Shown here piece by piece: positions 30,517 to 40,260 of a stretch of DNA of 64,000 nt. Each line of letters starts with the position of its first letter. Positions within the stretch are counted from its first letter, which is position 1. Below the pieces are notes generated by a model. That model saw nothing but the letters and a program-made list of their open reading frames with translations, ran no database searches and was not told the DNA's origin. The position numbers were made by a program, and so were the translations under genes. Origin of the DNA: an uncultured Chloroflexia bacterium (GTDB taxonomy: Bacteria > Chloroflexota > Limnocylindria > QHBO01); contig CAWAHY010000004.1 of the NCBI GenBank assembly GCA_963782015.1, forward strand, positions 759,488 through 823,487, read 5' to 3'.

Positions 30517-31186
30517 CCGGCTCGGCGACGATCACCAGCTCGCCCCAGTTGCGGTTGTAGCCCTGGCTGGTCTGGAGCGTGAGCCGCTCGTGGTCGGTGG
30601 CGTTGAGCCAGGCCGCGCCGGGGCAGCCGGCGCGCGCGTACTGGAGGGCCAGCGGCGGATTGGGCATCGGGTCGCTGCGCGAGTCTGGGCAGCTCACGTT
30701 GGGATGGACCTCGGTCACGACGTAGCGGAGCACGACCCCGTCCGACATCAGGATCCTGACCTCGGCGCCGAGCATCACGTTCCAGAGGCGCTTGAAGACG
30801 TGCTGCAACGCGTGCCCGGCGATGTACGAGTTGGAGCTGCGCCCCGGCTGCGTCGAGCCGCAGACCACGTACACCGCGTCGTCGTCCAGGTGGCCGCAGC
30901 CGATCTCCTCCTGGTGCCTGACCGCCACGTTGAGATCGACCGAGGGGATCTCGATCTGGACCGCCGCCCAGTCGTCGGGGATGGGGGTGGGCGAGGGCGT
31001 CGGCACCGCGGTCGCCCCCTGCGAGGGGGGAGCGCTGGGAGAGGCGACCGCCACCTGCGACGCGTCGATCGGCGGCAGGGACTCCCGCGGCCCGTCGACC
31101 TGGAGCTGCCCCACCACGATCAGCGCGACGCCCGCCACGGCGAGGAGCAGCGGCAGGAAGAGGCCGGGGGCGAAGAGGCGCTTCAT
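30509..31186 (-). CDS. Sortase-fold protein (class F-like) with Cys-to-Ser substitution
   Basis: N-terminal TM, IEIPSV, YIAGH, RYVV, LTLQTS. Confidence 0.75.
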   Translation of the reverse strand: MKRLFAPGLFLPLLLAVAGVALIVVGQLQVDGPRESLPPIDASQVAVASPSAPPSQGATAVPTPSPTPIPDDWAAVQIEIPSVDLNVAVRHQEEIGCGHLDDDAVYVVCGSTQPGRSSNSYIAGHALQHVFKRLWNVMLGAEVRILMSDGVVLRYVVTEVHPNVSCPDSRSDPMPNPPLALQYARAGCPGAAWLNATDHERLTLQTSQGYNRNWGELVIVAEPVS

Positions 31187-31247
31187 CGGCGGGAGTCTAG
31201 CAAGGGTGGCCGGTCAGGGCCCATCCCCCAACCGGCGCGCGGATCGG

Positions 31248-32705
31248 TCAGAAGAGGCTGGCGGCCGAGCTCCGCAGGAACTCGATGATCGGGTCGGGGA
31301 AGAGGCCGAGCGCCAGCACGCCGGCCACGGACAGGCCCAGGGCCAGCACGGTGAGCGGTGAGCGCTCGATCGGGGCGGGGTCGGCCTCCGGCTCGCGCAT
31401 GTACATGTAGACGATCACGCGCAGGTAGTAGAACGCGGCGAGGGCCGCGTTGAGGGCGATCGCCACCGCGAGCCAGGCGACCCCGGCGTCGACCGTGGCG
31501 ACCAGCACGTACAGCTTGGCGAAGAAGCCGACCGTGGGCGGGATGCCGGTCAGCGAGAGGAGCAGGATCGCCATCGCCGCGGCCAGCGCCGGGGCCCGCC
31601 CCGCCAGCCCGGCGAACGCGTTCAGCCCGCCGAAGCGGCGCGGGTCGCGCTGCAGCATGCCCACCACGCTGAAGGCGGCGATGTTCATCACCCCGTAGCC
31701 GAGGACGTAGAAGAGGATCGACTGGATCGTCTGCCCACGCGCGGCGAGGTCCGTGGTGTGCGCGAAGGCGGCCAGCGCGGCCAGGATGTAGCCGGTGTGG
31801 GCGATGCTCGAGTAGGCGAGCATCCGCTTCACGTTGGTCTGGGCCAGCGCCACGAGGTTGCCGCCGGTCATGGTGATCAGGGCCAGGACCGCCATCACGC
31901 CGTACCAGTCGGCGCCGCTCGCCCCCAGCCCGTCGGCGAAGAGGCGCACCAGCAGGGCGAAGGCGCCGAGCTTGGGACCGACCGACAGGAAGCCGGTGAT
32001 CGGGAGTCGGGCGCGCCCTGGTAGGCGTCGGGGGTCCAGAAGTGGAACGGCACCGCCGCCGCCTTGAAGGTGGAGCCGACGGTGAGCATCGCGATCGCGA
32101 TCAGCCCGGCCGGGCCGGCGCCGCTCACCAGCCCGCCGATCTCCGAGATGCGGGTCGAGCCGGTCAGGCCGTAGGTCCAGCTGATGCCGAAGAGGAGGAT
32201 GGCGCTGGCGAAGCTGCCGAGCAGGAAGTACTTGAGCCCGCCCTCGTTGCTGTAGCGATCGGTCTTGGCGAAGCCGGCGAGCAGGTAGGCCGGCATCACC
32301 ATCAGCTCGAGGCCGATGAAGAGCGTGATCAGGTCGCTCGCCGAGGCGAGCACGAACATGCCGATCAGGCTGAAGAGCAGGATCACGTTGAACTCGCCCA
32401 GCGGCAGGCGGCGCCCGACCAGGTAGCCCGGCGCGAAGAGCGCGGCCAGGATGCCGATCACCACGCTCGCCGCCTTGAAGGCGACCGACAGGTCGTCCAC
32501 GCGGTAGAAGCCGGAGAAGACGGTCTCGTTCACGCCCCACGCGCCGACGCAGCGTGACGCCGACCACGCCCAGGCCGATCACCGTCAGCGGCGTCAGCAG
32601 CCACTTCTGCCCGCGGCGCAGGAAGAGGTCGACGGTCAGCACGAGCAGCACCAGCACCGTCAGCGCCAGCTCCGGGAGGAGGGCGTTCAGGTCGTCGCCG
32701 GTCAT
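31248..32705 (-). CDS. nuoN: Complex I subunit N (frameshifts near 32010, 32545)
   Basis: EGGLKYFLLG, VPFHFWTPDAYQG, KRMLAYSSIAHTGY, GIPPTVGF. Confidence 0.92.
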   Translation of the reverse strand: MTGDDLNALLPELALTVLVLLVLTVDLFLRRGQKWLLTPLTVIGLGVVGVTLRRRVGRERDRLLRLLPRGRPVGRLQGGERGDRHPGRALRAGLPGRAPPAAGRVQRDPALQPDRHVRARLGERPDHALHRPRADGDAGLPARRLRQDRSLQQRGRAQVLPARQLRQRHPPLRHQLDLRPDRLDPHLGDRRAGERRRPGRADRDRDAHRRLHLQGGGGAVPLLDPRRLPGRARLPITGFLSVGPKLGAFALLVRLFADGLGASGADWYGVMAVLALITMTGGNLVALAQTNVKRMLAYSSIAHTGYILAALAAFAHTTDLAARGQTIQSILFYVLGYGVMNIAAFSVVGMLQRDPRRFGGLNAFAGLAGRAPALAAAMAILLLSLTGIPPTVGFFAKLYVLVATVDAGVAWLAVAIALNAALAAFYYLRVIVYMYMREPEADPAPIERSPLTVLALGLSVAGVLALGLFPDPIIEFLRSSAASLF

Positions 32706-32709
32706 CGCC

Positions 32710-34230
32710 CTACCACGGCAGGAAGCCGGTCAGCCCAGGCGAGGCGTTGACGGCGTCGAGGATGCGCGCCACCGGCCCGGCGATCGCGTCGAGGACAGGC
32801 CCGGGGAAGACGCCCAGCCCCACCACCAGCAGGATCAGCGGGGCGAGCGAGAGCCACTCGTTGCGGCTCATGTCGGTCAGCTTCGGCCAGGCCTGTCGCA
32901 TCCAGTCCGACGGGACCGCGAAGAAGACGCGCTGGAACATCCACAGCATGTAGACCGCGCTGATGATCACGACCAGCATCGTGGCGGCGGCGACCCAGGC
33001 GGAGTACTGGAACGAGCCGAGGACGACCAGGAACTCACCGATGAAGCCGCTCAAGCCGGGCAGCCCGATGCTGGCGAAGGTGAACAGCCCAAAGATCGCC
33101 GCGTAGCGCGGCAGGCGCCCGTTGAGGCCGCCCATGTGCGCGATCTGGCGGTCGTGGGTGCGCTCGTAGATCACGCCGACGAGCAGGAAGAGCGCCCCCG
33201 TGGTGACCCCGTGGCTGATCATCTGGAAGACGGCGCCCTGCAGCCCCTGGGTGTTGAAGACGAAGACGCCGAGCATCACGAAGCCCATGTGGCTGACCGA
33301 GGAGTAGGCGATCAGCTTCTTGAGGTCCGGCTGCACCATGCTGACCATGGCGCCGTACAGGATGGCGACCACCGCCAGGCCGATGACGATGGGGGCGAAC
33401 TCCTTGCTGGCGTCGGGCAGGAGCGGCAGCGAGTAGCGCAGGAAGCCGTAGCCGCCCAGCTTGAGGAGCACCCCGGCCAGGATGATGCTGCCCGCCGTCG
33501 GCGCCTCGACGTGGGCGTCGGGGAGCCAGGTGTGGAACGGCCACATCGGCACCTTGATGGCGAAGGCCAGGAAGAAGGCGACGAAGGCGAGGGCCTGGAG
33601 GCCATCGGCGTAGCCAAAGCCACGCAGCGTCTCGTAGCTGAAGGTGAACGGGTTGCCGGCCGAGGCATGCGCGATCGCCACGGCCAGGATGGCGACCAGC
33701 ATCAGCAGCGAGCCGACCAGGGTGTAGACCACGAACTTGACCGTGGCGTAGATCCGCCGCGGCCCGCCCCAGATCCCGATGATCAGGTACATCGGGATCA
33801 GGCTCAGCTCCCAGAACACGTAGAAGAGGAACAGGTCGAGGCTGACGAAGACGCCCAGCATGCCGACCATCAGCAGCAGCATCGTGGCGTAGTACTCCTT
33901 GACCCGCGTCTGGATCGGGTCCCAGGAGTAGAAGATGCTGACCACGCTGAGCACGGTGGTGAGCAGCACCAGCACGACCGACAGCCCGTCGACGCCCATC
34001 GTGTAGCGCATCCCGAAGGCGGCGATCCAGGAGACATCCTCGCGGTACTGGAACTCGGCGCCGGTCGTCTGGTAGCCGAGCAGCGTCACGCTGAAGGCGA
34101 GGCTGGCGAGCGAGGCGATCAGGGCGAGCCAGCGGATCAGGCGCGCCTTGTCGCGCGGCACGAAGAGTATCGCCAGGGCCCCGATCAGCGGCGTGAAGAC
34201 GACCAGGCTGAGCACCGGCAGGCCGCTCAT
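32710..34230 (-). CDS. nuoM: Complex I subunit M
   Basis: FWE, KVPMWPFHTWLPDAHVEAP, KLIAYSSVSHMG. Confidence 0.96.
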   Translation of the reverse strand: MSGLPVLSLVVFTPLIGALAILFVPRDKARLIRWLALIASLASLAFSVTLLGYQTTGAEFQYREDVSWIAAFGMRYTMGVDGLSVVLVLLTTVLSVVSIFYSWDPIQTRVKEYYATMLLLMVGMLGVFVSLDLFLFYVFWELSLIPMYLIIGIWGGPRRIYATVKFVVYTLVGSLLMLVAILAVAIAHASAGNPFTFSYETLRGFGYADGLQALAFVAFFLAFAIKVPMWPFHTWLPDAHVEAPTAGSIILAGVLLKLGGYGFLRYSLPLLPDASKEFAPIVIGLAVVAILYGAMVSMVQPDLKKLIAYSSVSHMGFVMLGVFVFNTQGLQGAVFQMISHGVTTGALFLLVGVIYERTHDRQIAHMGGLNGRLPRYAAIFGLFTFASIGLPGLSGFIGEFLVVLGSFQYSAWVAAATMLVVIISAVYMLWMFQRVFFAVPSDWMRQAWPKLTDMSRNEWLSLAPLILLVVGLGVFPGPVLDAIAGPVARILDAVNASPGLTGFLPW

Positions 34231-36458
34231 GAACGGAAGACCAGGTAGGCGACCAGCACGACCACCAGGCCGGCGGCCATGCCGAGGCCGTAGTTCTGGA
34301 CGCGCCCTGTCTGCGAGCGGCGCAGCACCGCGCCCAGGCGCTGGGCGATCCAGCCGGCGCCGTTCACGGCACCGTCGATCACCTTGGCGTCGAACCACCA
34401 CAGGGCGTTCGCGACCAGCACGCCGCCGCGGGCCCAGACGAGGCCGTAGAGGTCGTCCACGTAGTACTTGTTGAGGCTGGCGGCGTACATCCCGGGGCCG
34501 AGCCCGAACGGGATGCCGGCCACGAAGCGCGCCGGCGCCTCGGGGTCACGCACGTACCAGCGGTAGGCGAGCCAGATGCCCGCCGTGCCTGCCGCCGCAC
34601 CGAGCAGGAGCAGCAGCCCGCCGATCCCGAAGAGGGTGAAGCCCTCATGCCCCCCTGCCAGGATCGAGCCGGGCAGGATCCCCGCCCCGGCCTCCTCGGC
34701 GCCGTGGAAGACCTCCTCCAGCCAGCCGTGGATCAGGCCGCCCTCGGGCGGCAGCCCGAGCAGGAGGCCGACCAGGATGGTCGGGACGGCGAGGATGATG
34801 AGCGGCACGACCATGGTCGGCGCCGACTCGTGGACGTGCGCCCAGGCGTCGCGCGGCCCGCGCCACGTGTCATGGAAGGTGAGGTACACCATCCGGAACG
34901 TGTAGAAGGCGGTCATGAAGGCGACCACCAGCCCCACCGCCCAGAAGAGGTAGTAGCCGCGCCCGAAGGCCTCCCCCAGGATCTCGTCCTTGCTGAAGAA
35001 GCCGGCGAAGATGGGGATCCCCGCCAGGGCCAGCGAGCCGACGACCATGGTCCGATAGGTCCACTTCATGCGTGACCGCAGGCCGCCCATGAAGCGCATG
35101 TCCTGCTCGCCCGACGCCCCGTGGATGACGGAGCCGGAGCCCATGAAGAGGAGCCCCTTGAAGAAGCCGTGGCTGACCAGGTGGAAGATGGCGGCCACCC
35201 AGGCCCCGATCCCCAGCGCGAAGAACATGTAGGCCAGCTGGCTCACCGTCGAGTAGGCGAGCACCTTCTTGATGTCGTTCTGGGTCAGCGCGATCGCCGC
35301 GGCGAAGATGGCGGTGAAGACGCCGATGCTGGCCACCACCCACATGGCGGTGGGGCTCTCCGCGAAGATCGGGTTGGAGCGGGCGACCAGGTAGACCCCG
35401 GCGTTGACCATGGTCGCGGCGTGGATCAGCGCGCTGACCGGGGTGGGGCCCTCCATCGCGTCGGGGAGCCAGACGTGGAGCGGGAACTGGGCGCTCTTGC
35501 CGACCGCGCCGGCGAAGAGGAGCAGCGCGATGAGGGTGATCAGCCCAGGATCCAGCGTCCCGATCGTCTCGAAGACCTGGTCGAACTGGAGCGTCCCGAG
35601 CGCCGTCCAGATCGCCATGATGCCGAGCCCGAAGCCGAAGTCGCCGACCCGGTTGACGATGAACGCCTTCTTGGCGGCTCCCGCCGCCGAGGGCTTCTTG
35701 TACCAGAAGCCGATGAGCGCGTAGCTGCACAGGCCGACCGCCTCCCAGCCGACGTACAGCATCAGGAAGTTGTCGCCCAGGATGAGGAGCAGCATGCTGA
35801 ACATGAAGAGGTTCAGGTAGGCGAAGAAGCGCCACAGGCCCCGATCGCCGTTCATGTAGCCGATCGAATAGACGTGGACCAGCAGGCCCACCGTGCTGAC
35901 GACGAGCAGCAGCATCGCGGTCAGGCCGTCCACCAGGAACGCGATCTGGATGTGGAAGCTGCCTGAGCCGATCCACTCGTAGAGCGAGACGTGGTACGTG
36001 TTGCCGCCGAAGACGACGTTGGCGAAGACCACCATGGAGAAGGCCCAGCCGATGGCCACCAGCGCGGTCGGCACCCACCACGACCGGTAGCGCGGCTGCG
36101 CCCCGCCCTCGACCACGTGGCCGACCTGCCCGAGCCCGTCGTTCAGGTCGTCGGGAATGACCCCATCGGCGCCGTTGCTGTTGGCCAGGTCGTCGGCGTG
36201 GCCGGCGTGCGGCGAGGTGGCCCGCTGCTCCTCTTCCGACGGGATGGGACGGAACGACGACTCGTCGACCTCGGCATGGGCATCGTGGGACTCGCCACCG
36301 TGCCCGGAGTGCCCCGCGTGGTCGTCGGCGTGATCGGCCCCGTGCGCGTCATGGCCGTGCGCCGGCATGCGGTCGATCCGCGGGCCGACCAGCACGGCGA
36401 ACAGGAAGCCGGCCAGCGGCAGCGCCGGGATGAGCACGATCAGGGTCTCGATCGTCAT
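34227..36458 (-). CDS. nuoL: Complex I subunit L with His-rich insertion
   Basis: GKSAQFPLHVWLPDAMEGPTPVSALIHAATMV, KKVLAYST. Confidence 0.96.
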   Translation of the reverse strand: MTIETLIVLIPALPLAGFLFAVLVGPRIDRMPAHGHDAHGADHADDHAGHSGHGGESHDAHAEVDESSFRPIPSEEEQRATSPHAGHADDLANSNGADGVIPDDLNDGLGQVGHVVEGGAQPRYRSWWVPTALVAIGWAFSMVVFANVVFGGNTYHVSLYEWIGSGSFHIQIAFLVDGLTAMLLLVVSTVGLLVHVYSIGYMNGDRGLWRFFAYLNLFMFSMLLLILGDNFLMLYVGWEAVGLCSYALIGFWYKKPSAAGAAKKAFIVNRVGDFGFGLGIMAIWTALGTLQFDQVFETIGTLDPGLITLIALLLFAGAVGKSAQFPLHVWLPDAMEGPTPVSALIHAATMVNAGVYLVARSNPIFAESPTAMWVVASIGVFTAIFAAAIALTQNDIKKVLAYSTVSQLAYMFFALGIGAWVAAIFHLVSHGFFKGLLFMGSGSVIHGASGEQDMRFMGGLRSRMKWTYRTMVVGSLALAGIPIFAGFFSKDEILGEAFGRGYYLFWAVGLVVAFMTAFYTFRMVYLTFHDTWRGPRDAWAHVHESAPTMVVPLIILAVPTILVGLLLGLPPEGGLIHGWLEEVFHGAEEAGAGILPGSILAGGHEGFTLFGIGGLLLLLGAAAGTAGIWLAYRWYVRDPEAPARFVAGIPFGLGPGMYAASLNKYYVDDLYGLVWARGGVLVANALWWFDAKVIDGAVNGAGWIAQRLGAVLRRSQTGRVQNYGLGMAAGLVVVLVAYLVFRS

Positions 36459-36462
36459 CGGC

Positions 36463-36771
36463 TCATTCCCGCAGGTCCGAGTACTCGTCCACCTCGGGGG
36501 TCTGGCGGGTGCGGATGATGGCGATCACCAGCGCCAGCCCCACCGTCGCCTCGGCCGCGGCCACGGCCATCACCAGCAGCGCGAAGATCGCGCCGGTGTC
36601 GTCGGGGGCGTAGTAGGCGTACGCGTTGAAGGCGACCAGGGAGAGGTTCACGGCGTTGAGCATCAGCTCGATGCTGATCAGCATCAGGATCGCGTTGCGC
36701 CGCGCCAGGAAGCCGAACATCCCGATCGCGAAGAGGAGCGCGGAGACGAGCAGGAAGCCCTGGAGGCCCAT
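36463..36771 (-). CDS. nuoK: Complex I subunit K
   Basis: RRNAILMLISIELMLNA, AAAEATVGLAL. Confidence 0.95.
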   Translation of the reverse strand: MGLQGFLLVSALLFAIGMFGFLARRNAILMLISIELMLNAVNLSLVAFNAYAYYAPDDTGAIFALLVMAVAAAEATVGLALVIAIIRTRQTPEVDEYSDLRE

Positions 36772-37283
36772 CAGTCGTTCGCCTTCTCGTCGTCTTCGGG
36801 GCGCCGCGCCAGGTAGATGGCCCCGATGATCGCGGCCAGCAGGAGCAGGCTCAGGATCTCGAACGGCAGCGCGTAATCGGTGAAGAGCGACTTCGAGAGG
36901 GCGTCGAGCGCGATGGCGAGGATCACGGTGGCGTTGCCCCAATCGGTCTGGACGACCGCCCAGCCGATCAGCCCCACCACCACGAAGGCGGCCACCGCGG
37001 CCAGGATCGCCTGGCGGTGGAACGGCGAGGGCAGGTTCGCGTCGCCGGCCTGGGTCAGCATGATCGCGAACAGGATCAGGACGCTGATCGCGCCGAGGTA
37101 GATGAGCACCTGCGCCGCCGCCACGATCGGGGCCCCCAGGAGCGCGTACATCCCCGCCAGCGAGCCGAAGCAGACCATCATCGCGATCGCGCTGTGGATG
37201 ATGTTGCGCAGCGTGACGACCAGCAGTCCGCCGCCGATGACGCCGACGGCGAGCAGGATGAAGAGGACGCCTGAGAGGTCCAG
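36771..37283 (-). CDS. nuoJ: Complex I subunit J (CTG start inferred)
   Basis: QVLIYLGAISVLILFAIML, PFEILSLLLL; AGGAG 8 nt before CTG. Confidence 0.9.
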   Translation of the reverse strand: MDLSGVLFILLAVGVIGGGLLVVTLRNIIHSAIAMMVCFGSLAGMYALLGAPIVAAAQVLIYLGAISVLILFAIMLTQAGDANLPSPFHRQAILAAVAAFVVVGLIGWAVVQTDWGNATVILAIALDALSKSLFTDYALPFEILSLLLLAAIIGAIYLARRPEDDEKAND

Positions 37284-37424
37284 GGCTACGGCTCCTGACG
37301 GAGTGTTCGGGCGCTCAAACGGCCTCGCCGATCTGCAGATCCGAGGCCGCGTCCGATTCTAGCGCAGCCGCTCCGGACGATCGGTCAATGGCAGGAATCG
37401 CGGCGCCCTGTCAATGTGCGCCCG

Positions 37425-37847
37425 ATGCGCGCGATTGCCGGCCTCCTCCTGGGCCTCTGGCTGGTCGGCGGCCTGTGGCTCACCCTCCAGCCGGCGCACC
37501 CGCTCCCCAGCCAGGTGGTCGACGACAACCTCGTCCCCTTCCACACCCTCGCCATCTACTGGCGCAACCTCGACTCGGACTTCTGGCTGCGCAACCTCTT
37601 CGGCAATCTCTTCCTGCTCCTCCCCCTCGGCCTGCTCGGCCCCATCGCCCTGCCCGTCCTGCGCCGATGGTGGCTGGTCCTCCCGCTGGCGCTGCTGATC
37701 TCCGCCTCGATCGAGCTCGCCCAGTTCCGGATCCCCGACCGTTCCGCCGACATCGACGACGTGATCGTCAACGTCACCGGCGCCCTGCTGGGCTATCTCA
37801 CCCTCAGCACCCTGCGCCTCTTCCGGAGACCCACCCAGGCGGCGTAG
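37425..37847 (+). CDS. VanZ family membrane protein
   Basis: NLVPFHT, GNLFLLLPLG, IELAQ, RSADIDDVIVNVTG. Confidence 0.88.
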   Translation: MRAIAGLLLGLWLVGGLWLTLQPAHPLPSQVVDDNLVPFHTLAIYWRNLDSDFWLRNLFGNLFLLLPLGLLGPIALPVLRRWWLVLPLALLISASIELAQFRIPDRSADIDDVIVNVTGALLGYLTLSTLRLFRRPTQAA

Positions 37848-37856
37848 CATCCGACT

Positions 37857-39617
37857 GTGCGCCGATGGTGGGGAGGTCGCGGCTATGCGGTCCTTGCCGC
37901 CGCCTCGCTCCTGACAGCCGGCTGCACCACGCCAGCTCCGAGCATCGAGCCCGCCTCCGTGCCTCCAACGGCATCGGTCGAGGCGTCTCCCGCGGTCGGA
38001 AGCAGCTGGGTCGAGCTGCCGTTGCAGCCGCGGGGAGGTCCCGGTGACCTATGGGTGCAGGGAGCTTACCGAGGTCCACAGGGCATCGCGGTTACCGGTC
38101 AGCTCGCCGGACCACTTGCGGAGGAGTCGTACGGCGTTCGACCAGTGGCCTGGTACTCGCCGGATGGGTCGTCGTGGCAGCCCGGGGTCGTCACGGTATT
38201 CAGTGACGGCTCGCAATTCGGGGCCGACAGGTTTGGGTCAATCTTTGAAAGCGATGGCCAGCTTTTGGCATTCCTGACCGGGAGCCGGAACGGCGTGGAC
38301 GATGCAACGACCGTGATGCTATCCGAGGATGGCGGGCAGAGTTGGCAGCCGGCCAACGTTGACGCATCGCTCGACGCCGTAGTCACGGACGTAGCCCGTG
38401 GTGGGCCGGGCTTTGTCGCCGTCGGATATACAACGGACCCGATTCGCCGCCGTGCAACAGTTCTGGTTTCCGAGAACGGCGTCGACTGGGCGTCCGAAGG
38501 GGAGGGACTCAGGACTACGCGAGGCCGTCCATTTGGCGCACTGAATGCGATCGCCTCCAATGGCGAAATCCTGGTCGCCGTGGGGTCCACTCGAGACACG
38601 CTGGACGAGCCTGGTCATGGTCGGGTATGGATATCGTTGGATGGCCTGGAGTGGACCCAACAACTCGAGCCAGACGACATGGGCGCGGAGATGAGCGATG
38701 TCACCGCGTATGCCGACGGCTTTGTCGCGGTCGGGAGTGTCCTCGGTGCGCCCGCCGCATGGTGGAGCCCCGACGGTGCGGCATGGACTCGAGCCGACCT
38801 TCCGGCGATCGGCGGTGCAAGATACGTCGCATCGCTGGCAATGATCGGGGACGGTCTTGTTGCGGTTGGCGATGCAACCGATCACGCTGTGGCGTGGCGC
38901 TCGTCCGATGGGCAGCACTGGGAGGCGGCGGGGCGGCTGACAAGCGAGGCAGCGTCGGCGCGGTTCGTTCTGTCTGTCGACTCAGGCGTCTTGGTTCTGG
39001 GCAACTCGCCGAAGCCTGCAGAGCCCCTGGCATGGCTCTCGCCTCCATCAATCGCCCGTCCACCCGAGCCCACAGCGTCGCTGCCGCTCGAGTCCTCGCC
39101 CGCACCGATCGCCGGGGAGACGCCCGGTCCGGACGCGACCCCTTGGCCGGGTGGAGCCTCACTTCCCGGCATCACCTTGACCGATCTAGCACGGCTTGCA
39201 GGGACGCTGGGCATGACCTGCCAATCTGGCGAAGGCACGATCCCAGACTCCTCGCAGACCCATTGGGTGCTGTTCTGCGAAGGCAGCCAGCACAACACCG
39301 ATCTGCGCCTCGAAGTGCAGTACTTCAACCCGCTCTCGATCTGGGAGATTTCCCTCAGCACGTCTCCCATCGACACTCAGCCCGGCGACGCAGCCTGGAT
39401 CGAAGCCGTCGCCAGCGCCGTGGTGAACCTACCCTACGCGGGCAACCACTATCCCGCTGACCCGGTCGGGTGGATCCGGGCGAATCTCCACCGCGCCGAA
39501 TGCTTCGGGACCTTCTCGTGCTCGCTTGACGACGGCACCGTGCAGATCGTGCTCCAACTCGGCTACCCGGGATGGGTGACGGTCCGCCTCGACCCGAGCC
39601 CCCAGCAGTATCGGTAG
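37857..39617 (+). CDS. Lipoprotein with Asp-box (SxDGxxW) beta-propeller and extra C-terminal domain
   Basis: Lipobox LTAGC; SPDGSSW, SEDGGQSW, SENGVDW, SLDGLEW, SPDGAAW, SSDGQHW. Confidence 0.8.
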   Translation: MRRWWGGRGYAVLAAASLLTAGCTTPAPSIEPASVPPTASVEASPAVGSSWVELPLQPRGGPGDLWVQGAYRGPQGIAVTGQLAGPLAEESYGVRPVAWYSPDGSSWQPGVVTVFSDGSQFGADRFGSIFESDGQLLAFLTGSRNGVDDATTVMLSEDGGQSWQPANVDASLDAVVTDVARGGPGFVAVGYTTDPIRRRATVLVSENGVDWASEGEGLRTTRGRPFGALNAIASNGEILVAVGSTRDTLDEPGHGRVWISLDGLEWTQQLEPDDMGAEMSDVTAYADGFVAVGSVLGAPAAWWSPDGAAWTRADLPAIGGARYVASLAMIGDGLVAVGDATDHAVAWRSSDGQHWEAAGRLTSEAASARFVLSVDSGVLVLGNSPKPAEPLAWLSPPSIARPPEPTASLPLESSPAPIAGETPGPDATPWPGGASLPGITLTDLARLAGTLGMTCQSGEGTIPDSSQTHWVLFCEGSQHNTDLRLEVQYFNPLSIWEISLSTSPIDTQPGDAAWIEAVASAVVNLPYAGNHYPADPVGWIRANLHRAECFGTFSCSLDDGTVQIVLQLGYPGWVTVRLDPSPQQYR

Positions 39618-39661
39618 TGAGCCTCTTGAGGAGAGTTCCCTCCGAGGCGCAGCATCGGCGC

Positions 39662-40108
39662 ATGCGTCGGAGGGGAGTCGGAGCGTCGCGAATCACGGTT
39701 TGGGCCGCGGCCCTGGTGGTGATCCTCGCGTTGTCAGCCTGCGGGCAGGGAGGGAGCCCGAGTGACGCAAACCAGGCCGCAGACGCGTTTTTCAATGCCC
39801 TGGTCCGCCGCGACGCCGACGAGGCCTGGTCTCACCTCCACCCTGACAGCCAGCACGACGTCTACGGCGATGACAAGGCGGCGTTTGCTCGGGACGTGAA
39901 CGAGGCCGACTGGGGTCAGTTGTCTTGGGAGGTTGGCCCCGTCGTCAATTTCGACTATGCCTGGGAGGTCCATCTGACCTTGGACGAGGCGACCGTTCCA
40001 GACTTTCTGTTCGAGCGTCGCCTTGCCGGATATTCCACGTACCTTGTCATGCAGGTCCAGTTCCCCGGCAAGCTCGACGACTACCTGATTATTGCCTGGG
40101 CTAGGTGA
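39662..40108 (+). CDS. Hypothetical lipoprotein
   Basis: Lipobox LSAC after a basic/hydrophobic signal. Confidence 0.65.
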   Translation: MRRRGVGASRITVWAAALVVILALSACGQGGSPSDANQAADAFFNALVRRDADEAWSHLHPDSQHDVYGDDKAAFARDVNEADWGQLSWEVGPVVNFDYAWEVHLTLDEATVPDFLFERRLAGYSTYLVMQVQFPGKLDDYLIIAWAR

Positions 40109-40260
40109 CGCTCAAAGGATTCCACGCGGCCTGCCTCACTCCGACCTGCACGTGGAAGCTGCGCGAGCCGCCATCGGAACGAAGAAGAAGGGGTGGGCAG
40201 CCGGCTCCGAAGGCTGTTGCGATAGCCAGCCGAGGAGTTGGCTGGCCGCCCCATCAACTC

